Assembly (NCBI RefSeq): GCF_006345805.1
Contig: NW_021832491.1
Coordinates: 1 to 32,896, forward strand
Direction: 5' to 3'
DNA: 32,896 nucleotides
Source: Octopus sinensis
Lineage: Eukaryota
Shown here: positions 12,064 through 23,110 of the stretch, one piece after another
Numbering within the stretch: position 1 is the stretch's first letter
Layout: every line of letters begins with the position of its first letter
The notes under the pieces: generated by a model
Told to the model about the DNA's origin: nothing
What the model saw: only the letters and a program-made list of their open reading frames with translations
The model's database searches: none
Program-made: the position numbers and the translations under genes

Positions 12064-12102
<39 letters not shown>
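11717..12102. repeat. Imperfect (CA)n microsatellite
   Basis: Direct inspection. Confidence 0.95.
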
Positions 12103-12104
<2 letters not shown>

Positions 12105-12304
12105 CTTGGGTTACCTTATTCAGAAGGAACGTAGTCGGACTTATTACAATACAAAGAAATTAAAGACCTCAAAGTGCAAAGTTTAAGTTGCCATATACAT
12201 TCTATAAAAAGCAAAAACAAGTCCGACAAAATATAGTTTGTTTCGTCCGGGCGCTTGGACCTCCTGGTGAAACAATGTATTTGTCAGGACCCATATGGTT
12301 ATGC

Positions 12305-12725
12305 GGCGATCTTTCGTCTCTAGTAGACCTTTCCGTCGATTTCCGTAAAAAAATTTTTTTTTTTATATATGGGCTTGCGGGAACTTTTGAAGTAATATAC
12401 ATACATATACACATACACCGAGTAAAAAATTCCAGTTATCTCTTTCTTTCACACATTACTCTGTCTCTTCACACACACTAACAGAAGCACTTCACTTACA
12501 CAACATACTGTCTGTCTCCCACACCCCATCAAACACACACACACACACATATACATCAATGTTTCACATGCACGGTAACTTCAAAAGAACTTCCCTCATC
12601 ATACAATCGCTTTCTCTTAGTCTCTTTTGCTCTCATTACTTCAAAAGTTCCTGCAAGCCCATATGTAAAAAAAAAAAATTTTTACGGAAATCGATGGAAA
12701 GGTCTACTAGAGACGAAAGATTGCC
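12305..12725. mobile_element. MITE with about 90-bp TIRs and 8-bp TSD (Merlin-like)
   Basis: TIRs 12305-12396 and 12635-12725 starting GGC(G/A)ATCTTTCGTCTCTAGTAGACC; perfect TSD GGTTATGC at 12297-12304 and 12726-12733. Confidence 0.9.
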
Positions 12726-12877
12726 GGTTATGCATATATGTCATTGTTTAGTTTTATTTCAAGATGTTTTTTTTTGCTAGTATAGAAAGAGCTGGTTTCT
12801 AACCTATATCAAAGGCTCTGTCATTGGAATTTCAACAACATCAACCGGGTATTTTTGTTTGTATGCGTGTGTATATA

Positions 12878-13269
12878 CTCTTACTCTTTACTCTTTTTCT
12901 TGTTTCAGTCATTTGACTGTGGCCATGCTGGAGCACTGCCTTTAATCGAGCAACTCGACCCCGGCACTTATTCTTTGTAAGCCCAGTACTTATTCTATCG
13001 GACTCTTTTGCCGAACCGCTAAGTGACGGGGACATAAACACACCAGCATCGGTTGTCAAGCAATGCTAGGGGGACAAACACACACACACGCACATATATA
13101 TATACATATATACGACAGGCTTCTTTCAGTTTCTGTCTACCAAATCACAAGGCTTTGGTCGGCCCGAGGCTATAGTAGAAGACACATGCCCAAGGTGCCA
13201 CGTAGTGGGACTGAACCCGGAACCATGTGGCTGGTAAACAAGCTACTTACCACAGCCACTCCTGCGCCT
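12878..13269 (-). mobile_element. SINE family A, near full length
   Basis: Reverse complement of the family A consensus. Confidence 0.9.
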
Positions 13270-13387
13270 ATCCACACAGCCACTCCTGTGCAGTATTTGG
13301 AGTCAGTGCATGTGCAGATTTCTATATTTTGTTTTACGTATGCATTCTCATGCATATTAGTTGTATATTGTGACATGCACATGTATA

Positions 13388-13770
13388 TCATCATCATCAT
13401 CATCATCGTTTAACGTCCGTTCTCCATGCTAGCATGGGTTGGACGGTTCGACCGGGGATCTGGGAAGCCAGAAGGCTGCACCAGGCTCCGGTCTTATCTG
13501 GCAGTGTTTCTACAGCTGGATGCCCTTCCTAACGCCAACCACTCCGTGAGTGTAGTGGGTGCTTTTTACGTGCCACCTGCACAGGTGCCAGGCGAGGCTG
13601 GCAACGGCCACGGTCGAATTGGTGCATTTTACGTGCCACCGGCACGGAAGCCAGTCGAGGCGGCGCTGGCATCGGCCACGAGTCGGATGGTGCTTTTTAC
13701 GTGCCACCGACATGGAAGCCAGTCGAGGCGGCGCTGGCATCGGCCACGAGTCGGATAGTGCTTTTTACCC
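13388..13770 (-). mobile_element. Family C retroelement 3' end with about 68-bp internal tandem repeats
   Basis: (CAT)n tail, GGATGCCCTTCCTAACGCCAACC, repeat units starting at about 13621, 13689 and 13757. Confidence 0.8.
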
Positions 13771-13774
13771 CTGG

Positions 13775-14926
13775 ACGTCAATGATAAACTTCTGGAAAGT
13801 TTTATAGATTTTTCACAGCTTCAGTGATGGCTGGATATGTAGTCCTCATATCAGCTTGACCCTTCATGTCTTTCAGAATCCTAATATCACAGTGCTCCAA
13901 TAATTACAGGTATAAACCATTTTAGGCATAGATGGCCTACATCACTGTGCTGGTCAGTACCTTCCAGGTTTTCACATCAAAGGCTTGGATCTCATCAAAC
14001 CTCCAGTCAAGCGGCTCAAATGCTGGTATGAGTACTGGCACTGCAAACACATCGTGGGCCTCTGTTTTACTGAATGCAGAGAGTTCCGAGATCTATATTA
14101 ATTGGTTGTAGTATTCGTTAGTTACACGTAGGCACAGGAGTGGCTGTGTGGTAAGTAACTTGTTTACCAACCGCATGGATCCGGGTTCAGTCCCATTGCG
14201 TGGCACCTTGGGCAAGTGTCTTCTACTATAGCCTCGGGCCGACCAAAGCCTTGTGAGTGGATTTGATAGATGGAAACTGAAAGAAGCCCGTCGTATATAT
14301 GTATATATACGTATGTATGTATGTGTGTGTATATGTTTGTGTGTCTGTGTTTGTCGCCCTAGCATTGCTTGACAACCGATGCTGGTGTGTTTATGTCCCT
14401 GTCACTTAGTGGTTCGGCAAAAGAGACCGATAGAATAAGTACTGGGCTTACAAAAGAATAAGTCCCGGGGTCGAGTTGCTTGATTAAAGGCAGTGCTCCA
14501 GCATGGCCGCAGTCAAAATGACTGAAACAAATAAAAAGAGAGAAAAGAGATGTCTTGTTACAATTGCCATCGTAAATTATGTATTTGTGTGCCTCTAGGT
14601 ATCTGTAATATTCCTCATCAGATCCAGGGGAAACAGTCAAGCCATTGATGGAGATGCTGCTAGTCTGGTTTCCAGATTTCCCTCGTTTCACAACCAGATA
14701 TCAATATTTATCCTGACTGAACTCCAACCCTGTATCCTTTGAGAATGCTGTAACCAGCTCAAGGTTCTCTTTCATCTCATGCATATTCTTGGCAGTTTCA
14801 AGTCATCCACAGAGAAACAGTGTGTAATTTTGGTATTTTTGTTCCCTTGTGAACCAGTGAGATACCCTTCAGACCTCCTTAACAGGAATGACAAGGGGTT
14901 TATAGAAAGCATGAACAGCATCACAG
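13775..14926 (-). pseudogene. Decayed R4/Dong-like non-LTR retrotransposon reverse transcriptase, split by a SINE
   Basis: SVMLFMLSINPLSFLL...ITHCFSVDDLKL (RT catalytic DD motif).../ELVTAFSKDTGLEFSQDK...KRGK...INGLTV...YRYLE...YDGNCNK|SINE|RVTNEYY...SELSAFSKTEAHDVFAVPVLIPAF..LDW..DEIQAFDVKTWKVLT. Confidence 0.85.
14130..14549 (+). mobile_element. SINE family A, full length, nested in the RT remnant
   Basis: Full consensus match; the RT sequence resumes on both sides. Confidence 0.9.
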
Positions 14927-15148
14927 ATGTATGTATGTATGTATTTATGTATGTATGTATGTATGTTTGTATGTATGTATTTATGTATGTATGTATGTGT
15001 GTGTGTATGTATGCATGCATGCATGCATGTATGTATGTATGTATGTTTGTATGTATGTATGTATGTATTTATGTATGTATGTATGTATGCATGCATGTAT
15101 GTATGTGTGTATGTATGTATGTATGTAATGTATGTATGCATGTATATA
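14927..15148. repeat. (TATG)n microsatellite
   Basis: Direct inspection. Confidence 0.95.
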
Positions 15149-15153
15149 TCTAA

Positions 15154-15778
15154 TTATTGAGTTAGGAAACAGAGAGATCTAATGGGTACAAATTAATTTA
15201 TTAATTAATCAACATTTTCATCTCTAACTGTTTCATTTCACAAGCAAAATTAAAATTACGAAACGTATATAAATATATAATTTTGCATTTTAAAATACCT
15301 TGACTGGCAAATCATCAGGGTGTACAAAGACCCGTCTATACATTCGGAGTGTTCCAAACACCCTAATGTAATTGTTATTGTTCTTTGCACACCCTGATCA
15401 GTTTCCATACAAGGTGTTTAACCCTTTAGCATTCAAACCGGCCATATCCGGCCAAAATATTTAACCTGTTTTATATTGAAACTGACCAGATCTTACCTCT
15501 CACCTCAGCCCTACCATGTCATTCTAAAACTAAAATAATCACATCACTGAAATCTCTAAACTACAAGATAATCCAGGATTAATTCAAATCATTTTAAATA
15601 AACAAACATCACATTTGACAGAATAATCTGAACACTAAAGGGTTAAAATGCAGAATTACATACACATATATGGTTTGTAATTTCAATTTTGTTTGTGAAA
15701 CAAAACAATTGTAGGTGAATATGTTAATAAATAAATAAATTTCTGTCCATCAGATCTCTTTTTTTTCTAACTCAATAA
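15154..15778. mobile_element. Old fold-back element: two head-to-head degenerate hammerhead-bearing arms
   Basis: Arms 15154-15330 and 15382-15778 (the latter interrupted by a MITE) are diverged inverted repeats; HHR remnants lie at 15219-15322 (-) and 15390-15717 (+). Confidence 0.7.
15422..15642. mobile_element. piggyBac-type MITE
   Basis: TTAA|CCCTTTAGCATTCA ... TGAACACTAAAGGG|TTAA. Confidence 0.9.
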
Positions 15779-15924
15779 TAATGTTTGATATTTCACGATA
15801 TTTTATATAATATATTTATTGAAGAAATATCTCTTCAAAAGACAATATATTAAACCTGTGTATCTTCGATAAAATATCCTTAGAAGAGATTTAAATGTCC
15901 TCATTGTGACTATATATATATATA

Positions 15925-16108
15925 TTCTTTTACTCTTTTACTTGTTTCAGTCACTTGACTGCGGCCATGCTGGAGCAGCGCCTTTAGTGGAGCAAATCAA
16001 CCCCGGGACTTATTCTTTTTGTAAGCCCAGTACTTATTCTATCGATCTCCAGCATCGGTTGTCAAGCAATGCTAGGGGGATAAACACACACACACACCAC
16101 ATTACACA

Positions 16109-16170
<62 letters not shown>

Positions 16171-16347
16171 TATATATATATATACGACAGCTTCTTTCAG
16201 TTTCCGTCTACCAAATCCACTCACAAGGCATTGGTCGGCCCGGGGCTATAGCAGAAGACACTTGCCCAAGATGCCACGCAGTGGGACTGAACCCGGAACC
16301 ATGTGGTTGGTTAGCAAGCTACTTACCACACAGCCACTCCTGCGCCT
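15925..16347 (-). mobile_element. SINE family A with internal deletion
   Basis: Consensus match lacking the GGTCTCTTTTGCC..CAC segment. Confidence 0.9.
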
Positions 16348-16404
16348 ATATATATATATATATGTACATATATTAATTATTTCAAGGATATTAATACGTC
16401 TTAG

Positions 16405-16517
16405 ATGGATGTCAGCGAAGTTGACCTTGGCGGAACTTGAACTCAGATTGTAAAGACAGACAAAATACTGCTAAGTCTTTTGCCCGGCATGCTAACCATA
16501 CTGCCAGCTTGCCACCT
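16405..16517 (-). mobile_element. SINE family B head, diverged
   Basis: GTTGACCTTGGCGGAACTTGAACTCAGA...CTGCCAGCTTGCCACC. Confidence 0.75.
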
Positions 16518-16568
16518 TTGGGTATTGGTATATTACTGTTTGTGTAAAAGAAAAAGAAGAAAATTGAA

Positions 16569-16955
16569 AAATTGACGTATAGACATCAAATTATTGAAAC
16601 AAATCCTATTTCAAACAATATCAAACTCATAGAACCTACAATCGTTTCCTATATTAAAGATTTATATTGAATTATAGTTAATTGAACATTTCGTCAGGGG
16701 CAGAACTTCACAGAAAAAGGGACTACATTGCAATGTGTTGATGTATCCTTGGTAGACTTAGCATTGAATTCAGATATGTGTACCTGTGCATTTTAATTTA
16801 TTTGTGCATGTGCATGTGTTAATTGTTTTGAAAACAAAGTAGCCATTACTAATTGGAATTAATTAATTGGACATGGAAACAGTTGTAGGTTCTGTGAGTT
16901 TAATATTCTTTGAAATTGGATTTGCCCCAATAAACTGATGTCTGTATGTCAATTT
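16569..16955. mobile_element. Fold-back element with head-to-head hammerhead remnants
   Basis: Inverted arms 16569-16649 and 16875-16955; minus strand CTGACGA...GAAACGATTGTA-GGTTC; plus strand GAAACAGTTGTA-GGTTC. Confidence 0.7.
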
Positions 16956-16985
16956 CTCCATTTACTTTGATATATATATATATAT

Positions 16986-17410
16986 GGGCGCAGGAGTGGC
17001 TGTGTGGTAAGTAGCTTGCTAACCAACCACATGGTTCCGGGTTCAGTCCCACTGCGTGGCATCTTGGGCAAGTGTCTTCTGCTATAGCCCCGGGCTGACC
17101 AATGCCTTGTGAGTGGATTTGGTAGACGGAAACTGAAAGAAGCCTGTCGTATATATGTATATATATATATATAAGTGTGTGTGTGTATATGTTTTGTGTG
17201 TCTGTGTTTGTCCCCCTAGCATTGCTTGACAACCGATGCTGGTGTGTTTACACATCCCCGTCACTTAGCGGTTCGGCAAAAGAGACCGATAGAATAAGTA
17301 CTGGGCTTACAAAGAATAAGTCCCGGGGTCGATTTGCTCGACTAAGGCGGTGCTCCAGCATGGCCGCAGTCAAATGAATGAAACAAGTAGAAGTAAAGAG
17401 TAAAAGAGTA
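16986..17410 (+). mobile_element. SINE family A, full length
   Basis: Consensus match. Confidence 0.9.
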
Positions 17411-17416
17411 TATAAA

Positions 17417-17460
<44 letters not shown>

Positions 17461-17466
17461 GCATAT

Positions 17467-17625
17467 CAGGAGTGGCTGTGTGGTAAGTGGCTTGTTTACT
17501 AAGCACATGGTTCCGGGTTCAGTCCCACTGCATGGCACCTTAGGTAAAGTGTCTTCTACTACAGCCTTGGACCAACCATAGCCTTGTGAGTGGATTTGGT
17601 AGGCAGAAACTGAAAGAAGCCTGTT
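17467..17625 (+). mobile_element. SINE family A head only
   Basis: A and B boxes plus CORE-like segment, ending at the microsatellite. Confidence 0.85.
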
Positions 17626-18137
17626 GTATGTATATATGTGTGTGCATGTGTGACCATGTGGTTGGCAAGAAAAGTTCTTACCATACAGCCATGCCTTGTA
17701 TGTATGTTTATGTGTGTATGTCTATGTATGTATGGCCATACAGTCGTGTATGTGTATATATGTGTATGTACTTTGCCTTTGACTGCATGTATGTAAGTAT
17801 ATGTGCTTAAGATTCTATGATTCACTCTTTCTGATATAATTGGATCTCTTGGACTTTGGCTTAAGATTATCCGTAATCTGTGTGTCAACGCTCTCTGTTG
17901 CCTGCTGGAGATGCTCAGATATTTGTAGCTGGAAAGTTTCTGTACAAAGTTGCCTGGCCGGTCTGTACTGGATAAGGTTTTTTCTTCTTTTCTCCATACC
18001 GCCTTCACCGATGTTCTTTAATGCAATGGCAACAGTCAATACTGCTTGTTGTTACTAGCAATTTGAGTGTGTTTGTGCATTCATGAATGCATGTGAGTGC
18101 ATGTGTATTTGCCTGTATGTATGTATTTATATATGTA

Positions 18138-18510
18138 CTAGCAGTATCGCCCGGCGTTGCTCAGGTTTGTAAGGGAAATAACTATAAAGCATTTTTAGAG
18201 AGTTATAGCCAAAAAATGGGAAAAAAATGATGGTAAATTTTCTTTTTTAGTTAAAAAGGTCGAGTTGCGTGCCCTAGACAGTCTGTGGTTTGTGTTCTGA
18301 TTCTCTCGACCCCCATGTCGAATTTATCAATTTTTTCAGAACTGGGGGAACTTTTCAAACTTTTCGCTGCGTTAGTTTTGATTTATGACATTGGGCTATG
18401 TGTTGTCAAGTTTCATCAGAATCGGTTGAAAGCCGTGGTCAGGGTGAGGGTACAACCTAACAGACACACAGAAACACACACAGACAAACTGCCGTTTATA
18501 TATAGAGAGA
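18138..18510 (-). mobile_element. Non-autonomous Helitron
   Basis: Minus strand A|TCTCTCTATATATAAA ... CCTGAGCAACGCCGGG hairpin - CGATACTG-CTAG|T; no TSD. Confidence 0.85.
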
Positions 18511-18826
18511 TTTATGTATGTATGTATGTTTATGATATGTTTTCTCTCAGCTGTCCAAGTTGACCATTCATTAGGACAACAGAATTAGGTACTTGTTGGA
18601 GCTAATTTCTCATTTATTTTCATATATATATGTTATGGTGTTTTGACCTTATTTCCAAGTTCTTCACAGTCAGCAGTCCTGTTGATAACATGCCAAAACT
18701 GCTTTGGCTTCAGTCAACAGCTGACGAGTGTAAACAGTTTCAATGTGTTTTACTTTTTGTCTGTGCTTTATTTTACTTTTCTGTCACTTAGCACATGAAT
18801 GCATGCTTATGTGTGTGTGTGTGTAT

Positions 18827-18861
<35 letters not shown>

Positions 18862-18887
18862 AGTGGGTGCAAAGATATATGCATATA

Positions 18888-19530
18888 TTCTTTTACTTGT
18901 TTCAGTCATCTAACTGTGGCCATGCTGGAGCATTGCCTTGAAGGGTTTTAAAAAAGCAAATCGACCTAGGGCTTATTTTATTTTAAACCCTTATTGCATC
19001 AGTCTCTTTTGCTGAACCACTAAGTTATTGGGATGTAAGCACACCAACACTGGTTATCAAGTGGTGACGGGGGGTGGGGGACAAATGCATACACATGCAC
19101 ACACACACACACACATACAAACATATACACATGCAACACACACACACACACACATACAAACATATACACATGCACACACACACACATACAAACATATACA
19201 CATGCACACACACACACATACAAACGTATACACATGCACACACACACACATACAAACGTATACACATGCACACACACACACACATACAAACATATACACA
19301 TGCACACACACACACACACATACAAACGTATACACATGCACACAACACACACACATACAAACATATACACACGCACACACACACACACATGCATTGGGCT
19401 TCTTTCAGTTTCCATCTGCCAAATCCACTCACAAGGCTTTGGTTGGCCTGGTGCTTTAGTAGAAGACACTTGCCCCAGGTGCCATGCACTGGGACTGAAC
19501 CCCGAACCATGTGGTGGGGAAGTAAGATTC
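18888..19530 (-). mobile_element. Diverged SINE family A with expanded central minisatellite (19085-19390)
   Basis: Both halves recognisable; centre is (CACACATACAAACATATACACATG)-type repeats. Confidence 0.8.
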
Positions 19531-19598
19531 TTTCCCCACACCTGTCCCTTATCTCTATCATACCTTTTGCTCCTACAATTATGTTTCATGCTCTAAAG

Positions 19599-19884
19599 CA
19601 GTCTTTCTCAACAGGGGTCCACATGGCTGCTAGAGGTTCATATGGCCCCTAGGGGTCCATATAAGATTTCGCTGTTAAAATTTAAATTTCTACAATACAC
19701 AAAATATTCTAACATTTTTGTATGTGCAGTTGTGGATGTATGGTAAGAAGCTTGCTTCTCAACCACACGGTTCCAGGTTCAGTCCCACAGTGTGTCGGCT
19801 TGGCCAAGTGTCTTGTACTATACCCTTGGGCCGACTAAAGCCTTGGGAGTGGATTTGGTGGATGGAAACTGAAAGAAGCCCATC

Positions 19885-19927
<43 letters not shown>

Positions 19928-20107
19928 TGTGTGTGTGTGTGTGTGTGTGTGTGTTATATATATATATAAATATATAAATATATATATGTATATATATATA
20001 TATATTTATATATATAATATATATATTGCATAATAGTGGTTTTTCTCTAATTTATATATCATCATCATCATCAGGATATATAATTAGATAAAAAGCACTA
20101 TTATGTA

Positions 20108-20169
<62 letters not shown>

Positions 20170-20520
20170 ATATATAGATATGTATGTATGTATGTATTTG
20201 TGTGTCTATGTTTGTCCTTCCGCCATTGCTTGACAATGGATGTTGGTGTGTTCACATCCCCGTAACTTAGCAGTTCAGCAAATGAGACCGATAGAATAAG
20301 TACTAGGCATACAAAGAATAAGTCCTGTGGTCAATTTGTTTGACTAAAAGGCGGTGCTCCAGCATGGCCGCAGTCAAATTACTAACACAAGTAAAAACAA
20401 AACAAAACAAAAAAAAGAAGTTCTTAGCAATATCTAATTATGACAATGCTAATGAGGGTCCAGTAGCGAAGAATAGGAATCAAAGAGGTCCTTAGATTAA
20501 AAAATGGTTGAGAACCACTG
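19599..20520. mobile_element. hAT (Charlie-like) MITE interrupted by SINE A
   Basis: Ends CAGTCTTTCTCAAC ... GTTGAGAACCACTG; degenerate 8-bp flanks CTCTAAAG / TTTGAAAG. Confidence 0.7.
19722..20396 (+). mobile_element. Diverged SINE family A with long TA-rich centre
   Basis: Head 19722-19885, 3' half about 20200-20396. Confidence 0.8.
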
Positions 20521-20639
20521 TTTGAAAGTGATATTCATGCTTAGTCTGTTCATTCTTTCTTTCTTAGATTCAGGGTGACCGAAAAGTGGGTTTACAGTTG
20601 TCATGTAGGCACTTTAAACTTCTTTTAAAACATTTTTAT

Positions 20640-21298
20640 TACTCTTTTATACTCTTTTATACTCTTTTACTCTTTTACTTGTTTCAGTCATTTGACTGCG
20701 GCCATGCTGGAGCACCGCCTTTAGTCGAGCAAATCGACCCCGCGACTTATTCTTTGTAAGCCCAGTACTTATTCTATCGGCCTCTTTTGCCGAACCGCTA
20801 AGTGACGGGGACGTAAGCACACCAGCATCGGTTATCAAGCAATGCTAGGGGGGACAACAGAGAAAAAAACCCAAACACCACACACACATACATTCTATCG
20901 GTCTCTTTTGCCGAACCACTAAGTGACGGGGACGTAAGCACACCAGCATCGGTTATCAAGCAATGCTAGGGGGACAAACACAGAAACACACACACACACA
21001 TACATTCTATCGGTCTCTTTTGCCGAACCACTAAGTGACGGGGACGTAAACACACCAGTATCGGCTGTCAAGCAAAGCTAGGGGGGACAACACAGAAACA
21101 CACACACACACATACATATATACATATACATATATACGACGGGCTTCTTTCAGTTTCCGTCTACCAAATCCACTCACAAGGCATTGGTCGGCCCGGGGTT
21201 ATAGCAGAAGAAACTTGCCCAAGATGCCACGCAGTGGGACTGAACCCGGAACCATGTGGTTGGTTAGCAAGCTACTTACCACACAGCCACTCCTGCGC

Positions 21299-21333
<35 letters not shown>

Positions 21334-21498
21334 TACGACAGGCTTCTTTCAGTTTCCATCTACCAAATCCACTCACAAGGCATTGGTCGACCCGAGGCTA
21401 TAGCAGAAGACACTTGCCCAAGGTGCCACGCAGTGGGACTGAACCCGGAACCATGTGGTTGGTAAGCAAGCTACTTACTACACAGCCACTCCTGCGCG
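20640..21498 (-). mobile_element. SINE family A cluster: one copy with a triplicated internal segment plus an extra head
   Basis: ATTCTATCGG...(CA)n segment starts at about 20771, 20893 and 21004; heads end at about 21300 and 21498. Confidence 0.9.
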
Positions 21499-21732
21499 TA
21501 TTACATTGAAATTTCTATCATACAATCGTATTGTTTATGCACATCATAAACAGACGATGTTTCATCTCTCAGATGCTCAAAACGTCCTCCTTCAACATTG
21601 CAACATTCTTCAAACCACTTCAGAACACTCTGACACACTGTGACACCACGTACCAGTTGTGGATGGAAAGGTTTTAATTTCAGTTTATGCATTAAGTGTT
21701 TCAATGATGTTCTTCGTATGAATAGTTCTAGA

Positions 21733-21966
21733 AGGCGGCGAGCTGGCAGAATCGTTAGCACGCCGGGCGAAATGCTTAGCGGTATTTCGTCTGTCGCTAC
21801 GTTCTGAGTTCAAATTCCGCCGAGGTCGACTTTGCCTTTCATCCTTTCGGGGTCGATAAACTAAGTACCAGTTACATACTGGGGTCGATGTAATCGACTT
21901 AATCCCTTTGTCTGTCCTTGTTTGTCCCCTCTGTGTTTAGCCCCTTGTGGGTAGTAAAGAAATAGA
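21733..21966 (+). mobile_element. SINE family B, full length with 16-bp TSD
   Basis: TSD TATGAATAGTTCTAGA (21717-21732) / TATGAATAATTCTAGA (21967-21982); A and B boxes; GCCTTTCATCCTTTCGGGGTCGATAAA domain (Meta/MESC-like, from memory). Confidence 0.92.
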
Positions 21967-22425
21967 TATGAATAATTCTAGAGAAGTACATTGTGTGGAC
22001 TTCTTTGGACTGTTCACAAACGTCATAGCCACTAACATCCCATTTTTTTCAGTCACAGAAATCTTAGGGCGTCCAGATTTTGGTAAAAAAACAAAAGAAA
22101 AAAAAACAATTACAAAATGAAAAGGGAGCTTAACAAACTGAACTAAATTAGCATAGAATAAGGGTTTCATATTTTTTAATAATTAAGATCTAAACTGTTA
22201 ATATATGAATGTGAAAGAGATAATTGAATAACTGCAAACCTACTTTTGGGCCACCCTCAATATCCTCCTGCTGCTCAATGATGAACCACTTATAGCCATT
22301 CTTTGTTAGGCAGCTACAACACCACTTTTCGTTTTAGTTGCAGTTCAAGTCAGAGTGTTAAGTGGTAAACCAACCTAAGCACTTATTGTATATACCTATT
22401 ACATTACCTCATTAGATGCAATTAA

Positions 22426-22483
<58 letters not shown>

Positions 22484-23110
22484 ATCATTAATCAATTTAG
22501 GGTAGCAAAAAATTCAGTAAAAATTTATCGCTACCAGCGGCCTATGGAAAGAGAAAATAGTCAAAGACTAATATGTATAAATATAACAATTTAGGAATGG
22601 CCTAAACAGGCCATTCGTCCACCAGAATAGCAGCCAGATCCAACCGCCAAGTAGTGTAATTCGGAAATAAGGTGAAAATTAAAAACATTTACCCTAATTC
22701 ATCTTTTATACGATGCACGTTTCAGTGTCTTTAATGATAGACCCGCTTAATTAAATTAAATTAAGATTGAATCGGCAGTTTATATTTGCTGCCGATAAGT
22801 TTGGCACGAATGCGTTGGTCTTGAAAATTTTAAGACAGATATTCCCGAGGCATTGATACAGTCGCCTCGTGTCTATCCGTCTCTCTCCAGGTTCTTTTAC
22901 TGATGAAGTGTGACCTATGGTAGACTAGCTTAATTTAATTTAATTAAGCTGGTCTATCATTAAAGACACTGAAACGATGCATCGTATAAAAGATGAATTA
23001 GGGTAATGTTTTAAATTTTCACCTTATTTCCGAATTACACTACTTGGCGGTTGGGAGTTCTGGCTGCTCTTTCTGGTGGACGAATGGCCTGTTTAGGCCA
23101 TTCCTAAATT

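Larger units (their letters stand above)
20571..22258 (-). mobile_element. Internally deleted Tc1/mariner-superfamily element with nested SINEs
   Basis: TIRs CAGGGTGACCGAAAAGTGGGTTTACAGTT / AACTGCAAACCTACTTTTGGGCCACCCT; minus-strand remnants SGRPKISVT..FVNSPKKST..SLELFIRRTSLKHLMHKLKLKPFHPQLV fused to C-terminal ECCNVEGGRFEHL. Confidence 0.8.

Noticed and set aside
7120-12186. ORFs of MYVC, HTHT and SLSL type
   Set aside because: Tetra- and dinucleotide repeat artefacts
12841-13413. Recurrent peptides such as MTTDAGVF.. and ..AIAEDTCPRCHAVGLNPEP
   Set aside because: Chance translations of SINE A copies, not a gene family
18715-18745. CTGACGA motif
   Set aside because: No downstream GAAA or pairing stems
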